NCBI RefSeq assembly: GCF_009914755.1
Contig: NC_060928.1
Strand: one strand, 5' to 3'
DNA: 64,000 nucleotides
Origin: the human T2T-CHM13v2.0 reference genome, Homo sapiens
Positions 13,335-27,602 of this stretch are shown piece after piece. The notes beneath the pieces were generated by a model. It worked only from the letters and a program-made list of their open reading frames with translations. It was not told where the DNA came from and made no database searches. Numbering within the stretch: position 1 is the first letter of the stretch; every line of letters starts with the position of its first letter. The position numbers and the translations under genes are program-made.

Positions 13335-14790
13335 TTTTTGTTTTAATTTTATTAGCTTTATTTGGGCATAATTGACATACCTAACTACACATACTTAAAG
13401 TATACAATTTAAAGCTTTTGCAGCCTTTTAAAAATGGTAAAGTTACAATTTAAAGTGTAGTTGTTGAGATCCATATAAAGCTATCTTGATTTTTCTTGCT
13501 TTGGGGGATGGTTGAGTTTCATGGACATGCTGATTTATAGTGTTTTCAAATTTAAAAAATAATTTTTGCTGTCCACCTTAACTTCAATTTCCAAGGTTCC
13601 TATTACATATATATTAGCTGCTTGAAGTTGTCCCACAACTCACTGATACTATTTTTTTCACTATCTTTATCCTTGCTTTATTTTAGATAGTTTCTATTAG
13701 CATGTCTTCAATGTTACCAATTTTTTCTTCTACAGTGTCTGATCTGCTGTTTATTCTTCCACTGTATCTATCCTATCAGACGTTGTGGTTTTCAGTGGCA
13801 GAAGTTCATTTGCGGTTTTAGTTATATCTTCTATATTTCTAATTAATATATTAAATTCTTTCTGTAGTTTCTTAAACATGTAAAATAAGTTATAATATTT
13901 CTTTAATGTCCATATCTACTAATTCTATCATTGCTGTCATGTCTATGTTCATTGTAACTACTGATATTTCTTTGCGTTGTGTGGTATACTTTCCTGATTC
14001 TTTCCATGTCTGCTGAATTTTGATTTGATAGAATGAATTGAAAGTTTTACTTTCTTAGGTATTCCATATTTGTGTACTTCTATAAATATTATTGAGGGCA
14101 TTTTCTGGAATGAAATTAAGTTGCATAGACACAATTTGGTCTCTTTGTTTATTACTTTTTAAGTTTTATTGATGGGAACAAGAACAATGTGAAATTTGGC
14201 CCACTAATGAGGCAAGACCCTCTTGGGTACTCTCTCCAATCTTTTGCTTCTTGAATTATGAAGTATTCTATGCCGGATGCTGGAAAAAGCATTCCTAACC
14301 CTATGTGAGCTCCAGGGACTGTTCTCACTGATCTTTTTTCTCCCACCACTGATAATTTTCTCACATGCTTATGCTGCGCAGTGCAATGGAGGGGTTGACA
14401 GTAGATCAAATCCTGCAGAGGAAAAGATTGCTAACTTTGAAGCCATTGAAGACTCAGCTGAAGACTTGAGAAATAATTTCTGTAGTTGTCTGGTATTTTT
14501 TGCTGTGTAGTACTCTCCTTTCCAGTATTTTGTCCTTTGAACTGCAGCCTTAGCCTTCCTAGATTCTCAGTTCTATCTCTTCAATTCAGGGAGACTGTTG
14601 TGCTCTTTCTAGGATTCTTCTTCTTATGTTATAGTCTGAAATTTCCCCGTCAATGACCTGGGGCAAGCATAGGTCTCATATTGATGATTGCATGTTTCTT
14701 AGGGATCACTGTCCATTGTTCCTTGATACCTGATGTCTTAACATATGTTTTAAGTACCTTATCCTGACATTTTAGTTGTTTTGGTTAGGA
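13335..14790 (-). mobile_element. Old L1M/HAL1-type fragments
   Basis: AGCTTTATTTGGGCATAATTGACATAC...TTAAAGTATACAATT (L1M 3' end, antisense), then T-rich antisense 5'-region motifs (TTTCTTCTACAGTGTCTGATCTGCTGTT, GGGATCACTGTCC). Confidence 0.6.
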
Positions 14791-15795
14791 GAAAGAATAT
14801 ATTCCATGTTTAATAGAGTTTGACATTTTCTTATTGTAAAATCATTATTACATAAAAGGTGACAAGAACATTTATTGTGTTACGATGAGCAAAATTTTAT
14901 AACTTTCAAAGACATATATTTATTTTATTGATTTAAGATACATATTTCCCATGTCTTAACATAGGTATAACATGCTAATTTTAGGATGTTATTTTTTATT
15001 TTATAGTACCAAAATAAAGTCTTACAGCTAACATCACTCAGCGTAATTTGTTACCTCAGATAGTTACATATGCTTTAGGTAAATAGTTTCTAATGAATTA
15101 ATGTATAATGACTACATTTTCATGTTAAAACTGTAGAGCTCTTACATAACAGAAGTTCTAATAACAGCTAATTGAGATAATGGTAATGATAGCAGGACAT
15201 TTAGTCATGCTTTTAAATTAATATATTTTAATAATATAAGCAATTTTAAACTACATGAATGAAAAGTAACGTATGTGTGAGAAGTATTATATATTTAGAC
15301 TAGAGATGTTTCTTGGTATGCAGATTTTTTTAGACATTGTTGTGTTAATAATGTTTCTGCTCTCTAGAGTTCTGTGCTTTACAATTTATTGGGTGAGAAT
15401 TGGACATCTGAGAAAGCTAATTCAGAGGTGTGCTATTGAATTAGCCTTTAATACAAACAGTAATTTACTAAGTGGTGTCTTGGTTGTCTAGAAGAATGAA
15501 CTATGCTTCAAATTTACATTCTGGGAGCAGTTTGCACAAAAGACCAATTCTGGCTTCTCCTATTCCTGTCAAGACATAGCAAGTATTTCAAAGCATTTTC
15601 AGACCTCAAACTAAAATCATGTTGAAACACCAATTCGAGCAAAATAAGGTAGATACATGCTTATTATCTATACAATGTTATTAAATAAAAATAAGTTCAG
15701 AACTTAACTGTTTAATTAGCTTGTTTGCTTTTTCAATATTTATTCCTATGCTGAAAATCAATAAACAGATTAAGAAAACCAGAATTTTAATGTAA

Positions 15796-16122
<327 letters not shown>

Positions 16123-16743
16123 TAATTGTAACCAATGAAATTATATGCATAAATCTTACCAAATTATAGAGTACTAAGATGTGTCTAGTTGATATGCAAT
16201 ATGTTTGCTTGTTATGTAGAAACATTTATATTATATAACTGGCTAAAAACAACTTATGTTAAATTTGATATATTTCATTATTGTTTTACAATAATTTATT
16301 TCAAATTTCTTAACTATAGTTTTGATTTACTTATGTCAATACTTACTATTTATTTCATAACAGAAGTGAAAACTTTTAAGCTGTTTTCCACCAATACAAG
16401 TCTGATAGCATTAAAATAGTAAGGAGACCCAAAGAAGACACTTTAAAATAATAATTACCTCAAAAGGATCAGATAGAAATAGGAAAAATAAACTAACAAG
16501 TCAGGATTTAGAAGAGTCAAGAGCCATAACGAAAATAAATCAGGAAATGCAATGAGTTCCTTTGTAAGTGAATATGAAAACTTTAAAATTTAAATTCTCA
16601 TCCTAAATATATATCTCATTAAATATAACCATTTAAGAAATTTAATTTATACTATTTTAATTAAATATGCTTTAAATTTGTTTTATTTAGATATTTATTC
16701 TCAAAAGAAGAGTAAATTTGAGAATAGATAACTTCGATTATAT

Positions 16744-17041
16744 CTTTCTTTCTTTCTTTTTAAAGAGATGAGGGCTTCTCTGTCACCCACACTGGAGTGC
16801 AATGACACTGTCTCTGTACCCTTGAACTATGGGGCTCAACTGATCCTCTCACTCCAGTCTCCCTAGTAGCTGGGACCACAGGTGTGCCCACTGCACCTTG
16901 CTAAGTTTTGTTTGTTTGTGTTTGTAGAGACGATGTCTCCCTAAGTTGCCCAGGCTGGTCTCCAACGTCTAGTCTCTACTGATCCTCCCACCTCAGGCAC
17001 TTGTGTTGCTGGGATTGCAGGCAAGGACCCCCATGCCCGGT
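16744..17041 (-). mobile_element. Alu SINE, AluJ, strongly diverged
   Basis: Antisense dimer with GGGCTCAACTGATCCTC, GTAGCTGGGACCACAGG, GTTGCCCAGGCTGGTCTC. Confidence 0.88.
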
Positions 17042-18589
17042 TTATCTTAAAATGTTAAATATCACTGCATTATGACTAACTGAACTGGTATACTTGGTCC
17101 CAAAGAAGTAATTAGTAATCAAATAATGTTATATACATCACATTACTCTAGAAAAATATATATATATATACATATACATATATATGCATAGATATATAAA
17201 TAATTGAGCTCTGAAGAGCATTCTTTCTTTATATTAAACATCACTTCATAATAAATTGGAATTCTTTAAAATTAGACATTCTCCATTTAATCCAAAAACT
17301 TACTGTTAGCAATAGATTTCTCCATAGAAAAAAAAGAACAATATCAATTTCTCCGAAGTTGAAAATTTGGTGTTAGATTTTTAAAAATTATAAATCCTAG
17401 TTAATACCTGAATAATCATTTAAATGTTCTAACTTCTACCAACTTGAGTTGATTTGAATTGTATCAATGTCCTTATATGTATTACATGACCAAAAGCTAT
17501 GATAACAAACAATTAGAAAGAAGATATTGAAATTATGAAATGTGTTTTATGAACTCAAATGGATAAATCTATGTAAATTTAAGCAGATTAGTTATCTATC
17601 AATTATTTTGACATATGCAAATATATTATGTGTTGACCATATTATTATAGCTATATTAATATCACATAATGTTGTATAACTATTATAATTTGTTAAAAAT
17701 AATTTTTATTTCATAAAAATTGACTCCCAAGCACTTGCAGAAATATTAAATATGAGTACAATCTAATAAAGTATTAAGTATTTTTCTACTCTATTATCAC
17801 ATTTAATAATTATTCCTAGTATTATTTAATATGTTAGTATTAAGAAAGGTCCAGATTTACATTTTGACTATTTATATAAACATTAGTAAGATTGTCAGTG
17901 CTATAAGAGTATTGTTCTGGTTACCTTTTCAATTATTTTGTCTCAGAAACTTGCATGGCTCTCAATGTATAATTATTTTGATACGAATTGGAAAATCATC
18001 TCTGTTTGCTACTTTAGCCAAGATGGTTCTTGTTGTGACATCTGCAAATCACTTTTCTTCTATCGTAACCATCTGGAACCCTCTAATTGATACCTTGCTA
18101 TGAACTTGAGAACAATAGTACTTCCTCAGAGTATTTTTTTTTGTAGTTGCTGCTAATATATCTGTGATTCTTTTTTTTTTAATTCCTCGGAGTATTAATG
18201 AGCCCGCATTGCTCATTTGAAAATGGAATTATAGGCATTGGATGATAGCATCTTCTATTACTATCTTTAGTGTTGATCTGTCATTTAATTTTCATAAGTT
18301 GATGCCCTGTCTTTTAAGTTCCTTTAGGGCAGGCACCATGAATTAAGTATAATTTTGCCACTGAGAAAGCTTATTAACTTAGCTCTTAATACTCTTTAAG
18401 CCACTATATAATTACTAATTGAAGTTTCAGGCATGTTCATAGAACTAAAGAACTTTTATTTCTGAAGACACTGTAAGGACTAATTTAAATACATTCATTT
18501 TGTAGATGAGGAAAATTAATATAAAAATTTCATATGCTAGATTCATGATTTTCACAGCAGAATCCATTCTTCCTTTCTTCCAACCAGAC

Positions 18590-18790
18590 CTCTAAGCACA
18601 AGCTTTGGGGTCAGAACTAACTTTGAATTCCAGCTTTGCCACTTGCTAGCTGTATTTTGTTTAGCTCAAACTTACAACTAATATAGGAAGTATACAAGAG
18701 CTCACAGATTTGCTATAAATTTAAATAAAATATGTAAGTTAAATACTATGCAAAACACCTGGCAAAATAAGACTACCATGGAAAACAGTT
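18590..18790 (+). mobile_element. MIR
   Basis: GCTTTGGGGTCAGA...TTGAATTCCAGCTTTGCCACTTGCTAGCTGT...CACCTGGCAAAATAAG. Confidence 0.7.
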
Positions 18791-21700
18791 ATTGCTTTTT
18801 TTTCACTTTCTTGTAATTTGATTCAAAATATCTATGAAATAATTTCTTTGTTCTAGCAAGTTTATGTAGACTTGTTCTTAAGACACAGAAATGTTCTTTA
18901 TTAAAATAATATATTTTTAAATTCCTCACATATTGTATATAGTTACAAGATGAGTATTTTTAAGAAGTTGGTTTTGAAGTTTTAAAAATATAAATCAAAG
19001 CAATTAAAGCATTCTTACCTAGTTTCTTCAATTGCAAGGTTATCTATTGTGCATAATGGTTGCTGCAACTGAAATACTACAGTAACCTTGGTTCCTGTAT
19101 CACAGATAATGTGATTTTCCTCTAATATATCTCAGATTTTAAGAGACTCAAGACCGTGACCGAACACTCATATAAACAAAGAAAATCATAACAAAAAATA
19201 TGGGATTTCTTTAACCTGTATGCTTCTATGTACTCTTCACTTTTAATAACTCTGATCTTTTCTGAGTAATTGATGCAATTCAGTACAAAGAGTTATAAAA
19301 GATTTCTCTTTTACAAAAGTTTGCCCAACTATTACTGCTTTCAACATAATGTACATACTTATGATTACCACTTAATGGCCTTGGATAAGTATAAATATGA
19401 CACTATGCTGTGCCAAACAAATTAAGAAGGCATCTTTCCTGCTCATGCTTGATACATGTGTAATTGTAAAATACACTGAGAAGTGATCTGAGTAATTTCT
19501 GAATCTATGAAAATACTTCAGAAACTGATTGTAATAGTGATCTTATAAGAGTACTTACATTTAGGAATATATCTCCATGAATTCTGAGGTTATATACAGA
19601 ATTGAATTACTGGAACAAAGGATTTCAGATAATATAATAAAAAGTAATTTTAAGTAATACCCTTTTTTCTCTAGATTTATTCAGGCTTTATGAATGCTAA
19701 ATACTAGCTATTCATACTTGTGATGATTTGAGCCTCTACTGAATTCTGATGTGATCCTGAAATATGACGGATAATAAATAAAGACACTAAATTGAGGTGG
19801 CTTTTATTGTAATATTAAGAATGTCTCTGAGAGTATGTTCTGGATTGGCAGTCATCTGCCTGAGGTGGAAAATTTCCACTCAGATTTAACCTCTAGCAGA
19901 AAATGACATCTTCACACTTCAGCTCGATGATACTGGTTTTAGATTATTTAATTAACAATCAATTTGTCAAATTATCTATTAGACTCCATAGAGCGGTGCA
20001 GCAGCTCCTTAAACATGGTTTACAAATTACCATGTAGAATCTTAAAAATTTTCCTTTCAAAATCACATAGTGCAATGAGGCTACATTATGTTGAAGAATA
20101 CAGAGTTTTAGCAGAAATAACAGGGATTAGTTGCTTATTATTTACTTCAGAAAATCTCAAGCTTTTTTAATATAGCGGAGTGGGAGATTTAATATCAAAG
20201 GTTAACTATTTTAAAGACCATGGCTTTTCTTTTTCTGTTACCATAGGAAATCAACTATCAGATTTTTGGTCGGTTTATGGTGTTCTTTCATGAAAACAGG
20301 TCGTATTTAATTTATAATGTTTGCTTCATTCTTAGTCTATAAATATTAATAGTTTCCTGTGTTTGCCTTCTAGGACGCAGCATGATAGTAGCAGAAATTT
20401 ATGAAACATGATTTTTGGCTTCTATATGTAACCATTACATTTTGGAATAAAACATTTTCTAATTTTACAACACATATGGTCACAATTCCTTATTTACTAT
20501 TTCCTGAGCTTCTTGAAAAGTATAATAATTTATTTATAACACATTAGACTCTCCTTAATTGTTGGTTTATCATTCCATTACTTTATTTTATTCTAGAGCA
20601 AGATAATGCTTACCTAATTATCAAGAAAGGACCTAGAGTTGATATAAAACTATTAAGATTTCCCTAAAGCATCATTACAGCTAAAAGGGAACTGATAATT
20701 CGTAAGCATACATTAATTGTTTTCAATATTTTTCCTAAAGCATATATTTATTCATGTGAATACTGAAGTTTTATTATACCTTTATATCTCCAATGTTTGA
20801 CCTAAACTTCCTTTCAATATCCATGACCTGTTTTAAAATTCTTTTCAAAATCTCCAGCACCTGACCACTCTCTGGACACTTTTACAAGTTATCCAAATTA
20901 ATAGGACTAGAGAATGTTTGTACCCCTTCTACATCTTATGGACATGTATCATCCAGCAACCCCACTTTGGAAGAAGCCCAAGACAGGCTCAAAGAGTTTT
21001 GGTGTCTTCCCCTTGGAAAAGTAAGTGAAATTTTTGCCTGGACTAGAGAAAGGGTGACAATTGATCTGTGTCTCCTATCTTTTACTTTTGATGTAATCAT
21101 TTATTCATTTAAGTATTTAGTGTTAGTAAACTATGTGGTGGCAGAGAGTTTCCAGGAAGAGCTCATGGAATTTGACTTAACACATGGGTTTTCATGTCTA
21201 GTAGAAATGAACCAGGAAGGACTGTGACCTACAAATCTACAGTGGAAGCTATCATATTTTGGTTTATTTTCTTCCTGTTATCCTTAGACAGGATATTTAA
21301 ATGTATAAAAAAGTGATAAATCACAACTTGTTTACTGCTGGCATAGTGCTCACTGGGCCCTTGTTCATGCTGTGCTGGGCTGAGGCACTTAATTGGTGAG
21401 AAGACGGCAGGGATTGTCATTTTCTGTTAGTGTCCCATTGTAAAGTGTTTTAGAAATTCAACCAAATTCCTTGGAATTTTTCTCTTTTCACCATTTACCA
21501 GTAGAGTATGGGTAATCTGTCATGGTTTATAAAGTTCCTACATACTTAGCTTATAAACTTAAGGACTATTGACTATCCAGGTAAGATAGATGATATTTAA
21601 AACAGCTGGGACTTAGTACATCATAGTATGTATGAATACGTGTATAAATTTCTAATTTTGTGTGAGAATATCTGAGTTTGTTTATATATACAAGTTTCTT

Positions 21701-22047
21701 ATTGCCACAAAGACAACTTGGCTGCAATGAAGTCGTATGGTAAGAAACACAGAGTTATAGTAAGAAAACAATGTATATTGTTTAATTCATTGTTAGTTTC
21801 TTACTAAGGCATGAGCAAGTAAGTGAGGTTGTGGAACCTAAATTTCAGTTCATACTGAAGCTTGGCTTGGAACTCTACAATTGCAGACCACCCATCCTGA
21901 TTTTGTTGATTTCTAGCTGTCTATTTTCAGTTTCACTAAATTCTTACTTAGTACAGCTAACTATTAAAAAAACACTAAACGAATTACTCAGGAAATCTTC
22001 TGTGAGACATTTTCATGGACACTTAAGGAAATTTCTATTAAAAAGCC

Positions 22048-22463
22048 TATTATTGGCTGAATTGCATTCCTCAAATGTGAAGTATACAAAACCCCAGGAT
22101 TGAGAAGGTGATTGTATTTGGAGATAGGGTCTTTACAGAGATGATAAAGTTACTTTGAGGTCTAGAATAGATGCTAATCCTATATGATTGGCGTTCTTAT
22201 GAGAATATATTTGAACACAATAATGTACATAAAAAATAATGTGCACATCATCCTGATGTGAAGACACAGAGAAAACATGGCCATCTGTTAAGCAAGGAGA
22301 GAGGTCTGAAACAGACCCTTCTCTCGCTGCCCTCAGAAGGAACCAGCCCTGCTGACACGTCCATCTTGGACTTCAAACATCCAGAACTGTGAGAAACAAA
22401 TTTCTGTTGTTTAAGTCACCTCATCTTTGGTATTTTGTTATGGTAGCCCTAGCAAACAAACAT
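22048..22463 (+). mobile_element. MaLR solo LTR, MLT1B/A-like
   Basis: GTATTTGGAGATAGGGTCTTTACAGAG; GCCCTCAGAAGGAACCAGCCCTGCTGACAC; CCAGAACTGTGAGAAACAAATTTCTGTTGTTTAAG; GGTAGCCCTAGCAAAC. Confidence 0.9.
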
Positions 22464-23689
22464 GGAGACACTTCCTTAATCTTGCCCTCATGATTCTACT
22501 TGGGTATATCTATTCCATCTTTCTCAAATCATGCTTTAGTTAACTCGAATTAATGACCAACTTCGCTTTAAATACAAAAAAAACCTCAATCTTTTACAGT
22601 GAACATATTTTACGCAAGATGGACTTAGTCACAACTTAGACATAACGAGCCTGGTAAACCTCTCACCATAAAGTTAACTAATTAAATGATATGGGATTTC
22701 TGTTTCACAAAAAAAAAAAAACTGTTTCATAAAAATAAAATTTTACAACGTTACTCAGATATCACAATTTGATAAAAATTTTAATTTTAGTTTAGTTTAC
22801 CTGAGATAGTCACCTTGTTACATCATCTTAAAATTGTCCAGAGGCACAGCTGATGAAGGGTTTGACATATTCCTGTTGAGTATTGTTGAGAAACTCCACT
22901 TTACAAAATTTTCTTTGACTCATCTGGAAGGTTTATTGAGCAAGAAACAAGAAAACAGCCTATCTTCCTAAACCTTCAAAAGAACCAATATTTTACTCAA
23001 CAAAAAACAGATACAAAAGAAAACCACAAAAATAGAAAAAAATTAAAAGAAGAAAAGAAAGGTAAAAAAGGATGAAAATTAAAAAATAATAATAAGCAAA
23101 ACAAAACAAAACTTTATGAAGAGGAAAGTTTAAAAAGGATAGTGCCTAGATTTAAGGAAAAGAGAAAAATATTCAATAATATGAAATAACTTTGTAAGTT
23201 GTTGATTTGTTAAATGATGTAAAGATAACCTAAAACCTATCTTTTTTGTTATATTGAAAGTATTCTGAAAATTAGGTGCAGACAAAAACATTCTCTGAAA
23301 CTATTAATTTGGAGTGATAGTTTCTGTAGAATAAATTGGCTTTTCTTTCTAAAGTCATTTATCATTGATATTAGTAGGTTTAAAGAGCTTTCTGTATTAT
23401 TTATTTAAAATAAAAGTTCACATATTTTATGTTTTCAAGCTAATAAAAGTGATTAAAATGCTGACTGAGGAATCTCAAATATCATAATTAAAGAAATGTC
23501 TCAATATAACTTACAAACAAATCTTGAAAGTGATAATATTTTGTGTTGAAAATAAACTAGATAATTTCCCCCAGGAGTTTGCCTTTAACATCTTCTGCAC
23601 TTAAAGATATTTCAAAAAGAAAATAAATACTTGTGTATTTTCTTTTTTTTTAATTTGTTTATTTTAAATAGATTATAGTTGTTTAGAAG

Positions 23690-23900
23690 AAGAGCTTTAG
23701 TGTATTTCTGACTTTGTTAAATACTCTGGTCCTTCACTTATTAACTTTGCAACTATTAGTAATCAGTTTATTTTGCCACACATCAATTTCCTCATCTGTA
23801 AAACATATTGTTCTGAATGTGAAATACAAGGAAATTTGTTCTGAATGATATAATACATGCAAAATTCAGTGTTTGGCAGAAGAATGTTAGAAAACAAAAT
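23690..23900 (+). mobile_element. MIR
   Basis: Core CAATTTCCTCATCTGTAAAA. Confidence 0.65.
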
Positions 23901-24227
23901 TGGTTGAAAGAGAAATATGTCTTCATTATTAGTTAAGTGAATAAAATTAAATACACATGGACAATATAAATGCAATGTCTTTAAAAAAAAAGTCATCCTT
24001 ATCTTTGTGATAACTATGTCTATAAAAGAGATAAAAACACACAGAGTTGAAAAGCAGTTTTGATTTATAAATCAAATAACTGCATTACTTTTATATGCAG
24101 TAGAGCACATTCTTATATGGAGAAATATAAAATGTTATTTTTATCATAGAAGAAAAATAGGACAGAACTCCACCATTTAATATTTAAACTAGACATTTGG
24201 AAGAAGATATTTTAAAAATTTGGTAAC

Positions 24228-24510
24228 CTGGAGGTTAGAAGGGATCCCAGAGATGTTCTAAAACAACCATTCCTTTGATATATTTTAATCTCCTCAACAG
24301 TATCCTAGCCAAGCAATAATTCCATGTATGTTTGAACACCTGTTGTGACAAGTAACACCACATATTGCCAGTCAAGATTGTCGCAAACATCTTGATTATT
24401 CAAAGTTAATATTTGGTTTATATTGAGCCAAATATGGTCACTTTAGCCTCAACTTATTCATCTTTTTGGACATTAAAAGACAGGAGAATACCTCTTGTCA
24501 TAAAAGACCT
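24228..24510 (-). mobile_element. L3/CR1 fragment
   Basis: TTAGAAGGGATCCCAGAGATG, TGTTTGAACACCTGTTGTGAC, TATATTGAGCCAAA resemble antisense L3. Confidence 0.55.
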
Positions 24511-24553
24511 TAAGAAGCAAAGATGATTATTATGTCTGCTACTACCACCCAAG

Positions 24554-24563
24554 ACACAGACAT

Positions 24564-24594
<31 letters not shown>

Positions 24595-24622
24595 TAAGCA
24601 CACACACACACACACACACACA
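24554..24622 (+). repeat. (CA)n microsatellite, compound
   Basis: Direct reading. Confidence 0.95.
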
Positions 24623-25309
24623 TGCCCAAGGCCTTGTCCCTATTCAAAGAAATTTCCAAGGGCCATGAACTGATGACCTGGCCATGAAAGTTTTTACCGC
24701 ATTGACTGGATTCCACTGTACAGGTTGGAGGGGCTTTATTTTTTGGAATTATATACCCTACCTAGATGTGAAAAAGAAAAACGCACTCCATATTTAGTTT
24801 TGGTAGAGAGTACAGTTATTAGTTGATTTATCTCTTCTGTCATATGATCTACTAAGTATAGACAAGTACGTTTAATTCATACTGTCTCCATTACTTTACT
24901 ATTTCCTTTCCCTACATCTCTCAAGTGATTTTATCCACCCAAGTGTTGAAAATAACATATTTTATCTGGTTTATCTGATTTTCAACATTTTTGGGAAACA
25001 AAAAGTGCAAATTAAGACAATATAGGCGAGAGCAGCGATCTATCTATAGAACCATGTAAAAGAATTAGATGTGCAAAAATAAATAGCAGAATTTGTTAGA
25101 AAAGATAGAGAGATCAAAATACCAATTTAGGTATTTGGTTTTGGAAAAAAAATCAAGTTATCACATTTCCACCTGTCTGGGAAGTTAGTTCCAAAGAAAA
25201 AAAATACAGTGATACAAAATATATCTCAAAATACTAAAACAAAAACGAACTCATCCTGTATTCCACTGGATATGAAATGCAACCAGTTGTATAATCCACA
25301 CGTATTTCC

Positions 25310-25910
25310 TGTGCAAATGAGAAAGATCAAACCTGCTAATATAGATGTATTGTGGTATGCTGCAGGGAAATAGAAGAAACAGAAGTTAGGATGAATAAGA
25401 ACCTTTTTTTGGAGGAACCAATTTGTGACCCCAATCTTTAAAAAAATGAATTTAAAAAGGTAAATAAGAAATGAGGGATGATAATAATAATATAGGCAGA
25501 GGAAATGAGGATTTGAGAAGATAAAAAATATGGTGTATGTTTGAAAAATGCAGTTATTTTAGTATTACTGTGTGTGGGATTCGATGCAGAGGGTGAAAGG
25601 GTATGAGCTAAAGAGGTTGGTGAGGACCAGACCCTTGTGTTCTGGGCTAAAAAAATCGAACTGGATTTGATGGGGAGTCACTAAGTTTCTCATTAAGGAA
25701 AATTATGTAATGTTTTGATTGATTTGTTTAAGAACACTTACAATAATGTAGAAGGTGTCTTTCAGGAAAAAAGAGTGAAATTAAAGCCTTGTTTCCACTA
25801 TCAAAATAGTCCAGATGAAGGTAATGAGGACCTGAGGTAAGATCATTTAAGTAGGAATGAAAAGGTAGAGACAGATTTTAAAACGCTAAGGATTTAAAAT
25901 CACAGGACTC
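25310..25910 (-). mobile_element. L2 fragment
   Basis: Purine-rich antisense L2 motifs: TATAGGCAGAGGAAA, GATGGGGAGTCACTAAG, TAGTCCAGATGAAGGTAATGAGGACCTGA. Confidence 0.65.
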
Positions 25911-27602
25911 ATTCTATATTTAGCAAGTTTATCTTGATATATCAGTAATAATATTTTCCAGGACTATAAGGGACCCATTGCAATATGGAAACACTTTGAT
26001 TCTGAATATCAGTAAGAGTTCAGGTCTAGGATGAAAAGAGCTATGGGGAGGAATACAGATTTGTGACCTATATGTAATGTTTTGAAACGCAATACTGAGA
26101 AGTGTCATTAGGGCATACTACATCTTACTGGGTAATAAAATTTTTAAAAAGCCTTACTTCACTTAAAATTAACTTACAAATTTCAAGAATCGGTTGTCCA
26201 GATTGAACTAAGAGAAAAAAGTAAAATGCTGCCTTATGGAGAAGGCATCTGTGCAGTGGAAAACAGAGATTTTCCATTCTGCACAAAAACTCTCTAAGGT
26301 TAGACTATTACACCAAGTTTTCTAAAAGGTATAAAAATGTAATCCTTGTTCAAGAAAAAGGCCATTAAAAACAGAAGATTAGAAATAAAATCCCTATGGG
26401 AAAGTACACACATATTCAGAATATAGTCTCTGAATTGCAAAAAAAAATTTTCAATAGATGATTGAAAATTTATTTGTATTCTAAGCAATTGTAACTGTAT
26501 CAGTTATATTTGAACAATGAATTTTAAGTGAATCATGAAGAAATTAAGAGTTCATACCTGGTATGTATTCTATTTCATTTGTGTACTCTCTTTATGTGAT
26601 ATAACTACATAAAAGGAGACTGGGCTCATCATTAAGGAATTACTTTTTCATCTGGGTATATAAATTATTTTATTAGGAAACAATAATGATTTCCTACTTA
26701 ATGTAGATGTCAGTTACTGCCATATCATAATAGCCATAGTAAATATTCAATGCTTATTTTTGTATATTTCATTCATATAAAATGACAGATTGAAGATTTC
26801 ATGAGATCAATGGAGGAGAGTTCTCAAATTAAACTTTTTATAGCAGATTGTCAGTCATCTCTGATAACGTGTTATCACACTGAACGCTATAAAACTGCCC
26901 TTTTCATTATGTCACAAACATTGATATATTAGAATTTTTATATGGTTCTACTTTAAAATATCAGAAATTTACGTTACAAATCCCATAGTAAAGTATTCCC
27001 AGAAGATGTTTTAAAAATTCAAACACATTTCATTTAATTCTAGACTAATATAAGATTAATTCCTTATATTCACATCTATTAATTATATTCATGTTTCCTC
27101 TCTCCAACAATCCCAGAGAATACATTCTCATACTTGAAATTCTCCCTTCTGAAGAAGTAGATCTATTATAAGGCATTACTACTAGGAGTAACCAGGAACA
27201 TGGAATATGAATTGTAATTACCTAAACATTCCTGGGTAAAATATTTAAATATGTAATATGGGTTAATTATTTAAAAACTATAAATTTCCTGAGCTTAAAT
27301 GTCAGCACACAAGGACATCAGTCATGGTCTATCAACTGACATAATGCAAAAGACACTAGTTATAGACTATGTGGACATATTAATTTCAATATATCCCCAA
27401 AATCCAAACAAACAATAGTATAAACAAATAATGATTTTATGTTAGTAAATACTAACATCTTTTCTCCAGTTGATTGTAGGGTATTGAAATTATTCTCTCA
27501 TTTTTACCTCATCCAGTCTGTTTCCCAGTTGATGATGCTTTCTAATTATCTCAAATGTCCACCAACTTTCTACCACCAATAACCATACCAAGTCAAAGTT
27601 AC

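Noticed and set aside
17960-18040. Minus-strand peptide TILAKVANRDDFPIRI, faintly transposase-like
   Set aside because: Too short, ends in a stop, and no terminal inverted repeats or other motifs seen
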